From: Priapulus caudatus
Lineage: Eukaryota
Direction of reading: 5' to 3'
Assembly (NCBI RefSeq): GCF_000485595.1
Contig: NW_014577092.1
Coordinates: forward strand, 97,766-145,437
Length of the DNA stretch: 47,672 bases
Shown here: piece by piece, positions 1 to 12,435 of the stretch
Numbering within the stretch: the stretch's first letter is position 1
Layout: each line of letters begins with the position of its first letter
Translations under genes and position numbers: made by a program
The notes under the pieces: model-generated
Seen by the model: only the letters and a program-made list of their open reading frames with translations
The model's database searches: none
Told to the model about the DNA's origin: nothing

Positions 1-200
1 GAGTGATGAACCTGTATATAGGGGCTCTATACCGCGCGGCTATTCCCTATGACTGATGAACCTGTATATAGGGGCTCTATACCCTGCTGCTATTCCCTAT
101 GAGTGATGAACCTGTATATAGGGGCTCTATACCCTGCTGCTATTCCCTATGAGTGATGAACCTGTATATAGGGGCTCTATACCCCGCGGCTATTCCCTAT
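1..200. repeat. 50-bp tandem minisatellite, 4 copies visible (probably truncated by the window start)
   Basis: Unit GA(G/C)TGATGAACCTGTATATAGGGGCTCTATACC(7 variable nt)TATTCCCTAT starts at 1, 51, 101 and 151. Confidence 0.95.
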
Positions 201-3200
201 TTCAGAGACGCATGGGATAGACAATGATGGGGGAATTTCTGAGGTCCTTTAGCATTCGTGTGAATGGTGTTCCTTCGGGTTGTGTGCGATGCAACATATT
301 ACTTAAAATATGGGATGGATTTCCTATTTTCTTCTCTAGCTAATGGTATTCTTTCGGGGATGGTGGGAAAGGAGGACGGGTGATCTAGGGGGCGGTTTCT
401 TAGTTCCTTGCAAATATCTGCAGTGTCTTTCCGAGGATGGTGGGTGAGGGGTGACTTCATCTGTTTATATGCGAACAGTAGTTTTCATCTTAACGTTGAA
501 TAATGGCGTGTTTACTTTTCATGTCAATATATCTAACGAGGTGTTTGATTGTCTTATAGTTGTTGACGGTCCCGCCACGCGATCTAACGCGTGCTAAATT
601 GGGCTCGCGGTGTGTACGGGCGAAAACACGGTGGGAACACGCGAAACGCATTTATGCCAATAACATGTCTCGTTATTCTAACACGAAAAAACAACTAGCG
701 GACTACAGTTCTGTATATTGCAGGAGGGAACCATCTGCGAGATAAATCATCATGGCTTATTGAGAATTCGTCTGCTACGTCGTTTTCTATAGCCTTCTGT
801 GTATTTTGCGATGCCTCGGGAAGAGTTGTCGACTGCGGGCGAATCCCTGTCCTATTGTGACACTGCCGTCCGAGCAAATACAATGCGCTGACTCTGATTT
901 GTCGTGGAGAATCACTTTAAAATGGTAGACCGTTTCGTGCGAAATGTCATAGCCGTAGAGCTAGAATTGCCACTTAAACTGCTCTACTCTGATCGAAATT
1001 CTGATCGAACGATTCTGTTACTCGGTTATTCAACCAAGTTTTAATTCGCAAACATAACATTCTTTGTTATGCCGCACTTTCAGTTTTTCATCTGTAAATA
1101 TTAGTCTTACATTATTTACCCGAAAAGAAAATTTACGTAGACGTTGAATAATATTTGTACGTTGCATGAACTTACTAAATACCGCTTATATCGTCGCTTA
1201 CTAATGCATCGCGTCTTTATACGCAACGTTAATACTGTTTAGTAATGAAAATATTATTTAAGCTATAACGTATGAGCAGCGTAGTTTCTCTTTTATCAAC
1301 GCGCGTGCAGTAACAAGATTGTGCAGACATCAAGAATGCAAAATGCGCTTGCATATTAATGTCCCACATCGCAAATTAAATGAGCGTCAAGAAAATGCGA
1401 AAATGCGCGCAGCGGAGACACTTCGGTGGGCACTTTTTCGATTAATGAGCAATTACCAATCATGCGGGACGCCTTATATAATGAAGCTCGTGAGCTGGGT
1501 ACTTAGATTGACTCCAAACGCTCCCGCGGCTGAGGCCACAAGGCGATTGTCGATTCTCACCGACGCGTATAGAGTCAGTCTACTCGACTCATCGGTGGTG
1601 AGTCATCACTGGTTCAGAGCTGCTTTAGAACGCGTATCATGCTTTGTGAGCTCAAGGAGCGCTAGGATTTTCTAGACAGCGCGGCTGCGTGACTGTGTGA
1701 CTGAGCCGAAGATCTCTCGTCGGCATGGCTTCTAGCACTTTTCCTCAAATTGTGAACAGCTCTCTCAGTATGTTGAATGAGTCTTGCCGAGCAATCTCTT
1801 ACATTTATAGATGCTGTGGGCCCACACAGCTGCTAGGGTTCGAGTCGCGCTCTACAGCTCGCGCGGTTAGAGTTCGCGAGTTGTTGGGTCCCGGGCCCCC
1901 GGCGTATTTTGCCGGTGCCGAAAAAGCAACAAATTACTTTAGAGCGTGTATGTACTGCATGTTTTAAATTGGTAATATTGTTTCTTTATTCGCTTACGAC
2001 GAAATGGTTTTGAGCGATGAAACGGAATATAATAAGAAAACCGATATGTTTGGTCGTGTATTCGTGCGCGACGGTAAAACTGAGTGTTGATCGATTTAAA
2101 ACAAGTATTCTTTATAGAGGGAAATAGAAGCTTGCTGTACGTATTTCTGCCATATAAACGTAGTAAGTAGTAAAGTATAAAAGTAGTAAAAATATACGTC
2201 TCTACATACTACACACTACACAGTATGAAAAGTACATACTCTTCACATATTTAGATTATAAAGGTGCTTGTACGCGTCTATTCACTGTGAAAGGACACGT
2301 CCCAGCAGTATATAGTGAAGTCGTCATTGTTGTCGTCCTGTATTATCTGACTTATGACTTCCCGCCTGACTTTATTGCCCTGCATGTTTTGACACTTCGT
2401 GACTTTTAACCACGCTATACATTCGCACGTCGTGCGGTTATTTTTCGCATCGTTCACGTTAAGGTCGCAACAGCGAAACCCATTCTTCTAGTAACGATAA
2501 GGTCGCACCACCTCCTCACACGACTAACAACGCGAACACATGACGCTCACTCGTTCCCTGCTGCACATAATGACGCTCGCCTCTCACGTCTGCCTGGCGT
2601 GTAACGACGGGCGAGCTGTGCCCCCGGGTGAACATTCGTGCTAGATTTCTTTGTGGTGGCTGGTAGGTAATTCACGAGAGAGATTCGAGGTGAGTCGCCA
2701 GCGGGCAGCCGTGCCAGTAGCTAGCTAGGCCGTGCCTGCCACGTGGGCGCGTATTTTTTACCGCGTATTTATGAACCTTTAGAGTTTAGAAGGTTAGTCG
2801 TCTGTCAGAGAGAATAACGTGTGGAAAATCCCGCGACCTGCATGTCAGTGCATGACATGGTGAAATCGAGCCGGTTGTAGGTGGGTTTAAAAAAAATGAA
2901 GGATAGTACATTTATCTCGATCATTTATACGTTAGTAGCGTTTTTTGGTGACCGTCCGTGCAGGCGTCATTATTTTGTTATTAGTAAACGGATTTTTTTG
3001 AAATTTTTCTCGCTCATACTTATCCTTCGTTTAGCAAGTGGGCCCGCCCCGTTCGTGCTTCATCGATGATCATCTAAGGATCACCACTGAATGCTGATTC
3101 CATTGCGGGAACGACACTAATACATATTAATATAGAATACAGAAAAAATACAGAATTAATCTATATTTCTCATCTGGGTTCAGTAACAAAACTCCGCACC

Positions 3201-3429
3201 TGCGAATTCTTCAGCTGGAAGAACATTTTCACGTGGCGGTATACGTAGTAGCTGAGCAGCCGTACTTTATGAGCAGGCGGCTCAATAAAGCCATGCGGGT
3301 GTACTCCATAACCCAGCATAAGTGTATCATTCACTATTGTGGATGCAAGTAAGGTATATGATGCCACTATCCTCAGATGGATACGCAACGCCGAGGGTTA
3401 GAACAGCACCGTGCCAGATAAAGTATTCC

Positions 3430-4311
3430 CCTCTCTCTCTCTCTCTCACACACACACACTCACTCACTCGCTCACTCACTCACTCACTCACTCACTCACT
3501 CACTCACTCACTCACTCACTCACTCACTCACTCACTCACTCACTCACTCACTCNNNNNNNNNNNNNNNNNNNNNNNNNNNNNNNNNNNNNNNNNNNNNNN
3601 NNNNNNNNNNNNNNNNNNNNNNNNNNNNNNNNNNNNNNNNNNNNNNNNNNNNNNNNNNNNNNNNNNNNNNNNNNNNNNNNNNNNNNNNNNNNNNNNNNNN
3701 NNNNNNNNNNNNNNNNNNNNNNNNNNNNNNNNNNNNNNNNNNNNNNNNNNNNNNNNNNNNNNNNNNNNNNNNNNNNNNNNNNNNNNNNNNNNNNNNNNNN
3801 NNNNNNNNNNNNNNNNNNNNNNNNNNNNNNNNNNNNNNNNNNNNNNNNNNNNNNNNNNNNNNNNNNNNNNNNNNNNNNNNNNNNNNNNNNNNNNNNNNNN
3901 NNNNNNNNNNNNNNNNNNNNNNNNNNNNNNNNNNNNNNNNNNNNNNNNNNNNNNNNNNNNNNNNNNNNNNNNNNNNNNNNNNNNNNNNNNNNNNNNNNNN
4001 NNNNNNNNNNNNNNNNNNNNNNNNNNNNNNNNNNNNNNNNGTCCGTCCGTCCGTCCGTCCGTCCGTCCGTCCGTCCGTCCGTCCGTCCGTCCGTCCGTCT
4101 GTCTGTCTCTCTTTCTCTTTCTCTTTCTCTCTGTGTGTGCCCCCTCTCTCTCTCTCTCTCACACACACACACTCACTCACTCGCTCACTCACTCACTCAC
4201 TCACTCACTCACTCGCCCAATTACTCGTCCACTCACTCGCTCACTCACTCACTCACTCACTCACTCACTCACTCACTCACTCACTCACTCACTCACTCAC
4301 TCACTCACTCA
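3430..4311. repeat. Compound microsatellite (CT)n-(CA)n-(CACT)n and (GTCC)n flanking an assembly gap at 3554-4040
   Basis: Read directly; the same (CT)n(CA)n-CTCACTCACTCGCTCACT junction occurs on both sides of the gap. Confidence 0.95.
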
Positions 4312-7300
4312 CTTTATCTTTCTCTGTGTCTGTCTCTATCTATATTCTAACCTATTTTACGTGCATGTCGTCGCCAACCTGTCATTATCCCCATCCCTCC
4401 TTCTCGCATCTCTCCTCGTCTCGCTTTGTTAGCAGAGTGCCATGACCTCTCGCTGCGCGCCAGTGTAGAAGTGGAGCCATGCGTCTAGCATCCTTCAGCT
4501 TTCCGCATCCCCGCAGATGGCTAATAGCGGGAGCTTGTTGGGCACGACATGTGGCCGCGACGAGGCTCGTTGTTGTAGCCCATATATACGCGGAGGATGC
4601 GCGCGAGCTCACGTTACACTCGCGGGGCCGGATGGCTTCACTCTACCGCTGTGGGGCTCTTGCTCTGCTGCAGGGATGCTGCGGCGGCTGCTGGCTCTGG
4701 GGGGGGGGGGAGTGCGCAGGGTTGAGTCACGATCGACAGTGGTTCCCCTGAGTGCAAGCTTTCCACAGCCGGCTATCTGCTGTATCGTTTCTGTATATAT
4801 ATATATATATATATTATATGTATACGTTGTGTTCGCCTGCAATGGATGGTGCGTATGTTCGGTAATTAACCGGAGTAAGTCACTTCATGAGCTATATTTC
4901 ACTATATTTCATCGATGTGTTATTGAAAGTATGTTATATATAATCAAGCTTACATACATTTATGCTAGCATCCAGCTATGAAGTTGGGGACGTGTTACGC
5001 GTGTGGGATTATGCACGAGGTGGGCGTCACCTAACGTGACGCGAGATTAGGTTGGGTCTCCTGTCAATGACTATAGAAGTCTGCAGTGTTCTATACTGAA
5101 TCCCATAAGGTTTGCCCGTCTGCTGGGTGTTATTGACCGCGCATGCAGTTGTATTGCCTCATTACGCTTAACAGGGTCTCAGCGAAAGTGAACACGCTGC
5201 GTCACGCTGCGTCACGTCTGGAAGTTATTATTCATTGCGGGATCGCAGAGCGGCCCCTACACATACACGCACGCACGCGCACGCACACGCACACGCACAC
5301 ACACATGCACGTACACACACGCACACACACGCACGCACGCACACACAACACAGGTACAAGCGCTCCCCACGCACGGACGCTCCTTCTCTGAACCAGGGCC
5401 TAACCATAGATGCCGATTGTACAGTAATACCGTAGGTCTTGGTAACAAGCTATGCTAACCTAAAGATTGATTTGATTTTAAATTTGCCGGAAATAGCGAC
5501 GTTATCGAGATGACACTATATGTTATACACCGAGAGAGAGGTTAGGGGAGCCAGCAAGAGATAGATAGAGAGAGCGAGAGAGAGAGAGAGAGATAGCGAG
5601 AAAGAGAGAGGGAGACGAGAGGAGTGAGAGCACGTGGGCGATGAAGGAGAGAAAGGAGAGGAAGTGATAGGAGACAGAGAAAGAGAAGACGGAGGAGGAT
5701 GAGGAAGAGAAAGAGGAGGAGGCAGGTGAGGACGAGGAGGGGGGAGGTAGAGGAGCAGGACAAAGAAGAATGACAAGGCGACATTTTTTGCACAGTTCTG
5801 CAACAAAATATAAACAGCCACGCCGTGTGTTTGACGTACTAGAATATTCTCATTCATTTTACGAGCGTCGGACTTACCCTTAATTCGATACACTAAATCG
5901 CCGAGCTAGTGTGATCTGGAAATTTGCTTTGTTATATTTATAACCTCTTAGGAACGTGCGATTTAAAAAGAATTTCGGATTTAAGAAAGCTGACCGGGCC
6001 AGGTCGCTGTCCCAGTTCGCAGCGGTGTATGTGTTCTCTGTGGAGAAAGGGCCGGCTATGCGGCGATATAGCTGCTAGCAAGTTTAGCCGTCAGTCAGGT
6101 GGGTTTTTCACGCGACACGCGTAGTACATATAGTAGATCAAACATGATGTCATAGTTCCCATGCTAGACCCATAAGTCTACGGCAAACATCGCGTGCGAC
6201 TCTTTATTTCCTAACGATGTAGCTTCGCTAGCGAATTCACACGCCCGCTAATTGCTTGGTCAACATGAACTCTGCCGACGTAGTTTAATTGAGGCTTGCA
6301 TTGTTGCTAGGCATGTGTTCCGACAGGTATACCCAGAAGAGTTGTTTCCCAGGTGAAGTCGTGTCGTTACTTCGGCTTGGCGGCATGTTACGCGTAATGC
6401 ACTGTGGACGCGCGTGCCCGCGCCAGTTCCGCGTATATATGTGTACGCTTGCATGCATGGGGCGCGTGTGCGTGCGTGCGTGCGTGCGTGCTTGCGAGTG
6501 TGCGCGTGAGACGTCCGCCCCAGCGTGGCGCACACACCGCCTGTCTATATGTCGCGATAACGGCAATTATATCATTGCGAGTACGGCACGCTTCTGTTCC
6601 ACCGCCGTGTTGACATATGTCCCTCCGTATCGTTGACGATAGCTTTATATTCGGACCCCCAATGTTGACGTCTGTAAGCCACACAGACCGAGCGATTCCT
6701 CCAGCGAGCCCGGTCTGTGTGTTTGCATGGCTGCGCACGGTAATGACAGCGCGACCTGGCGGAACAGGGCCTTTGATGATGGCGCGGTTTCCGCCCCGTC
6801 TGCTATCATCGCATCGCGCTCTCATCAGGATGCGCGTGAAATTGGGTTTCCTTTCTCTTTATCTCGTTCTCTCTCTCCCTATCTCTCGCTGTCTAGGTGT
6901 CATCTAGATAGATACACGACTGTGAGTGGTAGCCGCGTGCCAGGCGCGTCAAATTTCGCCCGTGTTTGCCGGGTGACTGGCTTATAGAGGCAACGTGATG
7001 TGTGAATGTTGGTGAGAAGTGCACGCGTGCGTGTATGCGTGAGTGTGTGTCTGCGCGCGTGCACACGCATGCGTGCGTGCGTATTTGTCTGGGCTGTGTT
7101 ATGATATGCTCACTTCACTGCTGGCGAAGAGGCATTCGAAGTTCGCAAATGATTGGTGCGTTTAATACACCAGTCATGCAGCTGCGCGGAGGGCTGTTGA
7201 ACCCAAAGTTCTGTAATGTGTCGTGCTTGCACACTTGCTTCGCTCTATGAGAATTGCTCATAGCTCATTCTTATTGCACAAGGCATTATTACATGCGTAA

Positions 7301-8370
7301 ATCCGCTTGTTTACCACTATTTTTTTAGTCCCGGTGTTTTGTCTGGAAACTGCAAAGTTGAACCGACAGTTTTTTTTCTTCCCGATGCGGAAATTATATG
7401 GCGCGTTTTAGCAATTCCCAGGTTTCCCGATCGGGTCTCGTATTCCTTTGATCGAAAATCCCCAGCAACGGAAGTTTCTCACAACGAAAAGCTTTAGATA
7501 CCTACTGCATAGCTTTTGTATCGCTCGTCTTTGCTATGGATATACTGTTAAACTCATTTCGATTACTGTTTTCATTTATAACATTTCTTTACTAAAACTG
7601 AATAGTATACTATTGAGAAGGTAGTATTATACGTTAACTCACGTAAGGCAAGGTTAGCTCAGCGTTCAAACTTTGATGGTCCAGACACAGCCGAACGATT
7701 GTGATTTTTATTAGGCGTACTAGCGCTTTTCCATGATAAAACAAGTTTCACTTCACAGTTTGTGCACACAGATTTGCCAAGAAGTCATACCACATACGCC
7801 ACCTGCATTTCGTATAAGTAACAAGTAATAATCGCAGTGCTTTATTTGCTGAAACGCCCTTGCGTTGACTTATTGTTAGCGTTTGTGCGGTTTGTTAGAT
7901 CACTTCACCTCATATGCATATCCCGTGCATATGTCAAATCTTCGTGAACATGAGGTTTTGGAAATGATCAACTTTGCTATACATTTCTGCCTCAGTGAGA
8001 CCATTTCGTCGTATGTTAGCATTGCAGTGATGCGCACAAGTAGGGTACCTAGTATAGACAAGTATTTCCTTCGTTACATATTGAAAACGATTAAACTGGG
8101 GCGGAGCGGCTGTAGCAAGAAAAAGCTGGGTTTTCGTGTTGGGTTTTTAGCTCATCTGACATAGTCAGATGCAGCTTGTAGAATCGCATGATCGTGCGTC
8201 CGTGCGTCCGTCAACAGTTGGGCACAAATCTAAACGGCTCGACGTACGGATTCGAAAGTCGGGACGTGGGGGGGGGTAATTCGAAAACGAGTTGGGATGT
8301 CGAAGCTGAGGGTCAAAGGTCAAAGGTCAAGCGATGTAAAAGAAGGGGGAACATTCCCTCCTTAACTTAA

Positions 8371-8829
8371 AGGCTGTCGCACACCAGCCGATTTTTCACG
8401 CGATTTGATCGGCCCGATAAAAATAAGCCGATATCGGGTAGGTGTGCGCGTTCATTTGTAGACGATTTTACTTACGATTATTTTTATCGGGTGATCGTTC
8501 CAAATCAAACATGTTTGATTTTGAACCGATTATTTTGAAGCGATTTTGTGTAATCCGACAAGATTTTGTGGTGTGCGCGTGAACTCAGAAAAATCCTCTA
8601 CGATAAATATTGAACAGCCAATAGCTGAACGTGCCCGTGTCACATGACATTCAAAATGGCGCCTACCATAGACAAAGCGTAGACGAACGAAATTGAGGGA
8701 GATTTAAATAATCAATTTTATCGTAGGTGTGCGGGTGTTTATCGGAAGGCGTCGCGCCATGAGCCGATTTTACAAACAATGAAGAGATTTTTTAATCGGA
8801 CCGATTTTTGGGTAGGTGTGCGACGGCCT
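8371..8829. mobile_element. PIF/Harbinger-like MITE (459 bp)
   Basis: TIRs AGGCTGTCGCACACC / GGTGTGCGACGGCCT (1 mismatch); 3-bp TSD TAA at 8368-8370 and 8830-8832; internal repeats of TAGGTGTGCG and CCGATTTT. Confidence 0.8.
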
Positions 8830-8909
8830 TAAGGTATAGGGAGGAAATGCAGAATTGCGGCACAAATCTAAACGGCTCGACCTAGGCTCGTGATAGTCGG
8901 CGTATAGCA

Positions 8910-9259
8910 TCATGGTAGGAAAAACACAAGGTCTACAATAACCCTGGTCTTCTCATTCTTATGGCAGCATATACATTCAGGTGCCGTACTCATTAATTCA
9001 CAAACACCACAAGAACACCAGTATTTGTCTACAGTCCTATCGGGTACCGAAGCTTCCATTCCGCCATGTTGTGACTGTTCTGATTCTTGAGAAGTTTGTG
9101 CCGATTCTTTGCGTTGCTTTTTTCAGACTATTCTCCTCAATTTCTTCTTGTGTATATTCAGGCTCAAACCTATATCCAACTGGTAAATCACTATAAATAT
9201 CATCATCATCTGAGTAATCACTAGAATCATTGAAATTATCGCGTGGCGTCGCTCAACAT
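8910..9259 (-). pseudogene. Frameshifted, truncated fragment of a P2X7 ballast-domain-like / Kolobok KolX-like Cys-rich protein
   Basis: Manual minus-strand translation gives DNFNDSSDYSDDDDIYSDLPVGYRFEPEYTQEEIEENSL, then a +1 shift (likely in the A6 run at 9118-9123), then KKQRKESAQTSQESEQSQHGGMEASVPDRTVDKYWCSCGVCELMSTAPECICCHKNEKTRV. An acidic N-terminus, YxFEP and WCxCGxCxxMxTxxECxCC are the signature of this family. Confidence 0.75.
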
Positions 9260-9403
9260 GGGGCTGTGACGTCACATGAACTAGATTACTATTCATGTGT
9301 TTATTACTAATTGGGCGCCGGATTTGAAATGGAATACGTTATTGAATGTATTTCTATGTATAGAAACGTTACAGAAGTTAGGAAATTTGACTTCAATTGT
9401 CCT
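8930..9403 (-). mobile_element. Truncated Kolobok-like DNA transposon end
   Basis: The minus strand reads TTAA|AGGACAATTGAAGTC (TTAA at 9404-9407, purine-purine terminus). A GTGACGTCAC palindrome lies at 9266-9275, followed by the KolX-like ORF. The other end is not seen, so the left boundary is approximate. Confidence 0.55.
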
Positions 9404-9851
9404 TTAATATAGCGAAGTCATTAAAGTTACACAGCTGTATCTTTATTACTGTACTACCGGTATAGTAAAGCCTAGCTATCATAGATTTTAGATCTGTATT
9501 TGTAGTATCTAGATATATGCTCTGAGCGCGAACGCGGTGATGGGAGGGTGCTCTTCATTCGTTTGCCAGTGAGTTTAGCATCAGAACACCTGCCGTCAGG
9601 TGAGCGCTGTCGCTATGCGGCACTTGTTTAACGAAAAAGGTCGTACGTTTCCCTTCTTCGTGTTCAGACTTTCAAACTGGCTGCGCGCGGGCACGTGTAT
9701 GATAGATAGCCCTAGGGCGTAACACGGCTGCGTTTGTATGCTGCACTGGCCTCAATACATCATTACATCTAATGTCCTAGATAATAATGAAAGTGTCATT
9801 CGGCGATGGTGACAACGGGACCGATCGCGCGCACGGAAATGCAGGCTAACG

Positions 9852-9976
9852 CTCCATTAGGAGTGTTTCCAACTTTGATATCATTAATCATTAATGATTA
9901 ATGATTACTGATTTATAATCCTAACCCTAACCCTAACCTAAATGACATTAAACCACAAACTAATATATGACCATGA

Positions 9977-10011
<35 letters not shown>

Positions 10012-10054
10012 ACTATGACCATTGACATTAAAGTTGGGAACACTCCTAATGGAG
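9852..10054. mobile_element. MITE-like inverted-repeat element with (CCCTAA)n and (TA)n core
   Basis: CTCCATTAGGAGTGTTTCCAACTTT / AAAGTTGGGAACACTCCTAATGGAG (1 mismatch in 25); CCTAACCCTAACCCTAACCTAA at about 9920-9941; no clear TSD. Confidence 0.75.
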
Positions 10055-10268
10055 TATCACCCGAAATGCAGGTAAAAGCTAACCGAGTTTTCTTGTTAGG
10101 AAGATGGCGGAGAGTTAAAGACGGCCGAAATTTCAACATTGCTTTTCTAGGGCGGTTAAAATCTCGATATTTTAACACCGACTACGCAATTTTGGTGCTT
10201 ATGCCACAAAACCCACGATTCTGCTTACTATTTACACATGTACCTGCTATAGTACCCGCCCCGCTATA

Positions 10269-10648
10269 GGAGGGATAACCGGGATCATGGCAATGCTGGA
10301 TGCTGCCCGACAACGCAGACATGGTGGAATGCGTGAATCGTGTGGCGTAGAGCAGTAGGTGTGCCCCGATGCGGGCGACTGACCGACAATGGCGGCTGCA
10401 CGCATATGGGCGGCAGATGAAATTTCATAAGCACGCTCGTTACGCGTCGCCTTCCCGCACTTGATGAGCAGTGTCCCTGTCTGATCGCGCGATAGCAGGG
10501 GCGGATAATGCCAAATCTATGCAAATATTTGTCATTATTAACTCCTGGCGATAGGTGTATTCCCGGATGTCTCGTTGTGAATGTTATTCGAGGGTAAGGA
10601 CTAATTACCGACAAAGACGGTTCTGTTCCCGAATTTTGTCATCCCTCG
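10269..10648. mobile_element. Possible degraded Tc1/mariner-type MITE
   Basis: TA|GGAGGGATAAC ... GTCATCCCTCG|TA: short imperfect TIR resembling the mariner TA-CGAGGG terminus with a TA TSD. Confidence 0.3.
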
Positions 10649-10723
10649 TAGGGGTCTCTCTCTACCACACACGCACGAACGCACACACGCACGCACCCCA
10701 CACACATATCATTCACATTCCAG

Positions 10724-10766
<43 letters not shown>

Positions 10767-12144
10767 GGGTAACGCACTAACATACAGTATAGCCTTATAT
10801 ACCATAAAAAGAAAGTTTGCACGATTTCGATTTTTTCTGAACTCAATTACGTAATACTTATTTTTCTGTCTTGGCTGTCGTAAAACGGCAACAATCAATT
10901 CTAATTCTGTGCGTGGAAATCTGTAATAAATTCACGTAGGCATACGCGTGCTGTATGGGTGTGTGCGGCGCATGTGTGTGGGTGACCGTATGCATATCCG
11001 CACGCGTGCGTTCATGCGCTCAATTTGAGTACGGCGCGTTGTGTGTGTACATGCATGTGTGTGTGTGTGCGTGTGTGTGTGCGTGTGCGTGTGCGTGTGT
11101 GTGTGCGTGTGCGTGTGCGTGTGGCGCGTGCGCGTGGCGTGTGTGTGTGTGTCCACGCGCGCTTGCTGTACGTACAAACGCGCGCACGTTGCATGCCCTG
11201 TTGTGTTAACGCCTCGCTAACGCATTGCGTACAATTTCGCACTGGAACCTGTTTTGATTTCGGAGAGATGTGCGGTCGTGTGGCTGCTGTGTGAGTTCGC
11301 GAGTTCCATAGGCAGCAAATCAGGAAGTCCGCGCGTGGTAGAGGCTACAGTAGCGAAGCTATACGGAGCCTGAATGCGACAGTGCAACACTGCATGGCAA
11401 GTACGGTGTAGCGTTTGTTTTGGCTTTTACAGTTTTACTAGCTCATTAGCTCTCTCTTTTTTCTCCCATCTCTCTCTTCTCCCCCCCCTCTCTCCCTCTC
11501 CCTCTCCCCCTCTCTTTTTTCCTCAACCTCTCTCTCTCTTTTCTCTCTTCTCTTCGCGGCTGCTCTCTCTCTCTCTCTCTCTTCGCTCTATTATCTCTCA
11601 ACGCGAGCCCCCCCACACCACACCACACACTTGATGTCCCCCACATGTAACCTATGTGTTTGTACGCTTCACAATGTCAGCTTCAGCTTCGTTGTACTTT
11701 TACCCTCTCTGAGTACATACCGACATCGACACCCGCATATACGTGTTCTAAATAAAATCCCAGTTGGGTGTTTCGCTTGTGCAAAGCTGCCTTATTTTCA
11801 AACAGCTGAGCACACTTACGTAGCAGGGGCCACTTGGCTCCAAGCATTAATTTCCCTTCCCCAAGGTTAGAACAGCAACGTGAGAACGCACGGACGTAGT
11901 TCGAGGCAAAACCTGGGAGGCCGGGGAAGAGCAAGTGAGTACGTGCTATATAGCCAGGGAGAAACGCTTCTTTGCCGGCAACACAGATCATTGAATGCCG
12001 GGTAAAATTAGAGACAACTGCTATTTTTAGTTTCAGCAGTGCCCGCGCGATGAGATGATATATACAACGAACGTGTGGAAGCATGCATGGGGCTCCTATC
12101 GTGTATGGGGAGTTCAACGACAATTTCATATCCAATGCTGTAAT

Positions 12145-12323
12145 GGTGTGTGTGTGTGTGTGTGTGTGTTGTGTGTGCTGTGTGGTGTGCGTGCGTGGCG
12201 TGCGTGCGTGCGTGGTGCGTGCGTGCGTGCGTGGTGGCGTCGGGCGTGCGTGGCGTGCGTGCGTTGCGTGCCGTGGGCGTGCGTGGTGCGTGCGCTGCGT
12301 GCGTGCGTGCGTGCGGTTGCGTG

Positions 12324-12374
<51 letters not shown>

Positions 12375-12435
12375 TGGCGTGGTGCGTGCGTGCGTGTGCG
12401 TGCGTGCGTTGCGTGGCGTGCGTGGCGTGCGCGAG
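12145..12435. repeat. (GT)n/(GCGT)n compound microsatellite
   Basis: Read directly; similar (GCGT)n tracts occur at 21295-21592, 23577-23755, 36657-36860, 44354-44448 and 45275-45560. Confidence 0.95.

Larger units (their letters stand above)
8147..9627 (+). mobile_element. Non-autonomous Helentron-type element (HINE/DINE-1-like) carrying nested inserts
   Basis: 5' end TTTTT-AGCTCATCTGAC-ATA-GTCAGATGCAGCTT (subterminal palindrome), then a short GTCC-type repeat and GGTCAAAGGTCAAAGGTCA. A 23-bp core repeat GGCACAAATCTAAACGGCTCGAC lies at 8221 and 8859. The 3' end has GTCAGGTGAGCG, a small hairpin (TGTCGC-TAT-GCGGCA) and CTTGTT, with T-rich flanks. This matches the known HINE architecture. Confidence 0.7.

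Noticed and set aside
1..200. CRISPR-like array or C/D snoRNA cluster (GTGATGA in each unit)
   Set aside because: The variable part is only about 7 nt and is repeated between units. There are no cas genes, the context is eukaryotic, and there is no consistent D box.
3322..4445. Long ORFs of 342 and 344 aa
   Set aside because: They are translations of (CACT)n/(GTCC)n microsatellites and a 487-N gap.
1674..4697. Three minus-strand exon candidates (about 4612-4697, 3211-3336, 1674-1828) forming one gene
   Set aside because: Splice phases of the open frames are incompatible and no protein family is recognisable; individual exons cannot be excluded.
7643..7802. Minus-strand exon bounded by TGCAG| and |GTGAGT
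   Set aside because: Stop codons occur in all three frames; at most a non-coding exon, with no other support.
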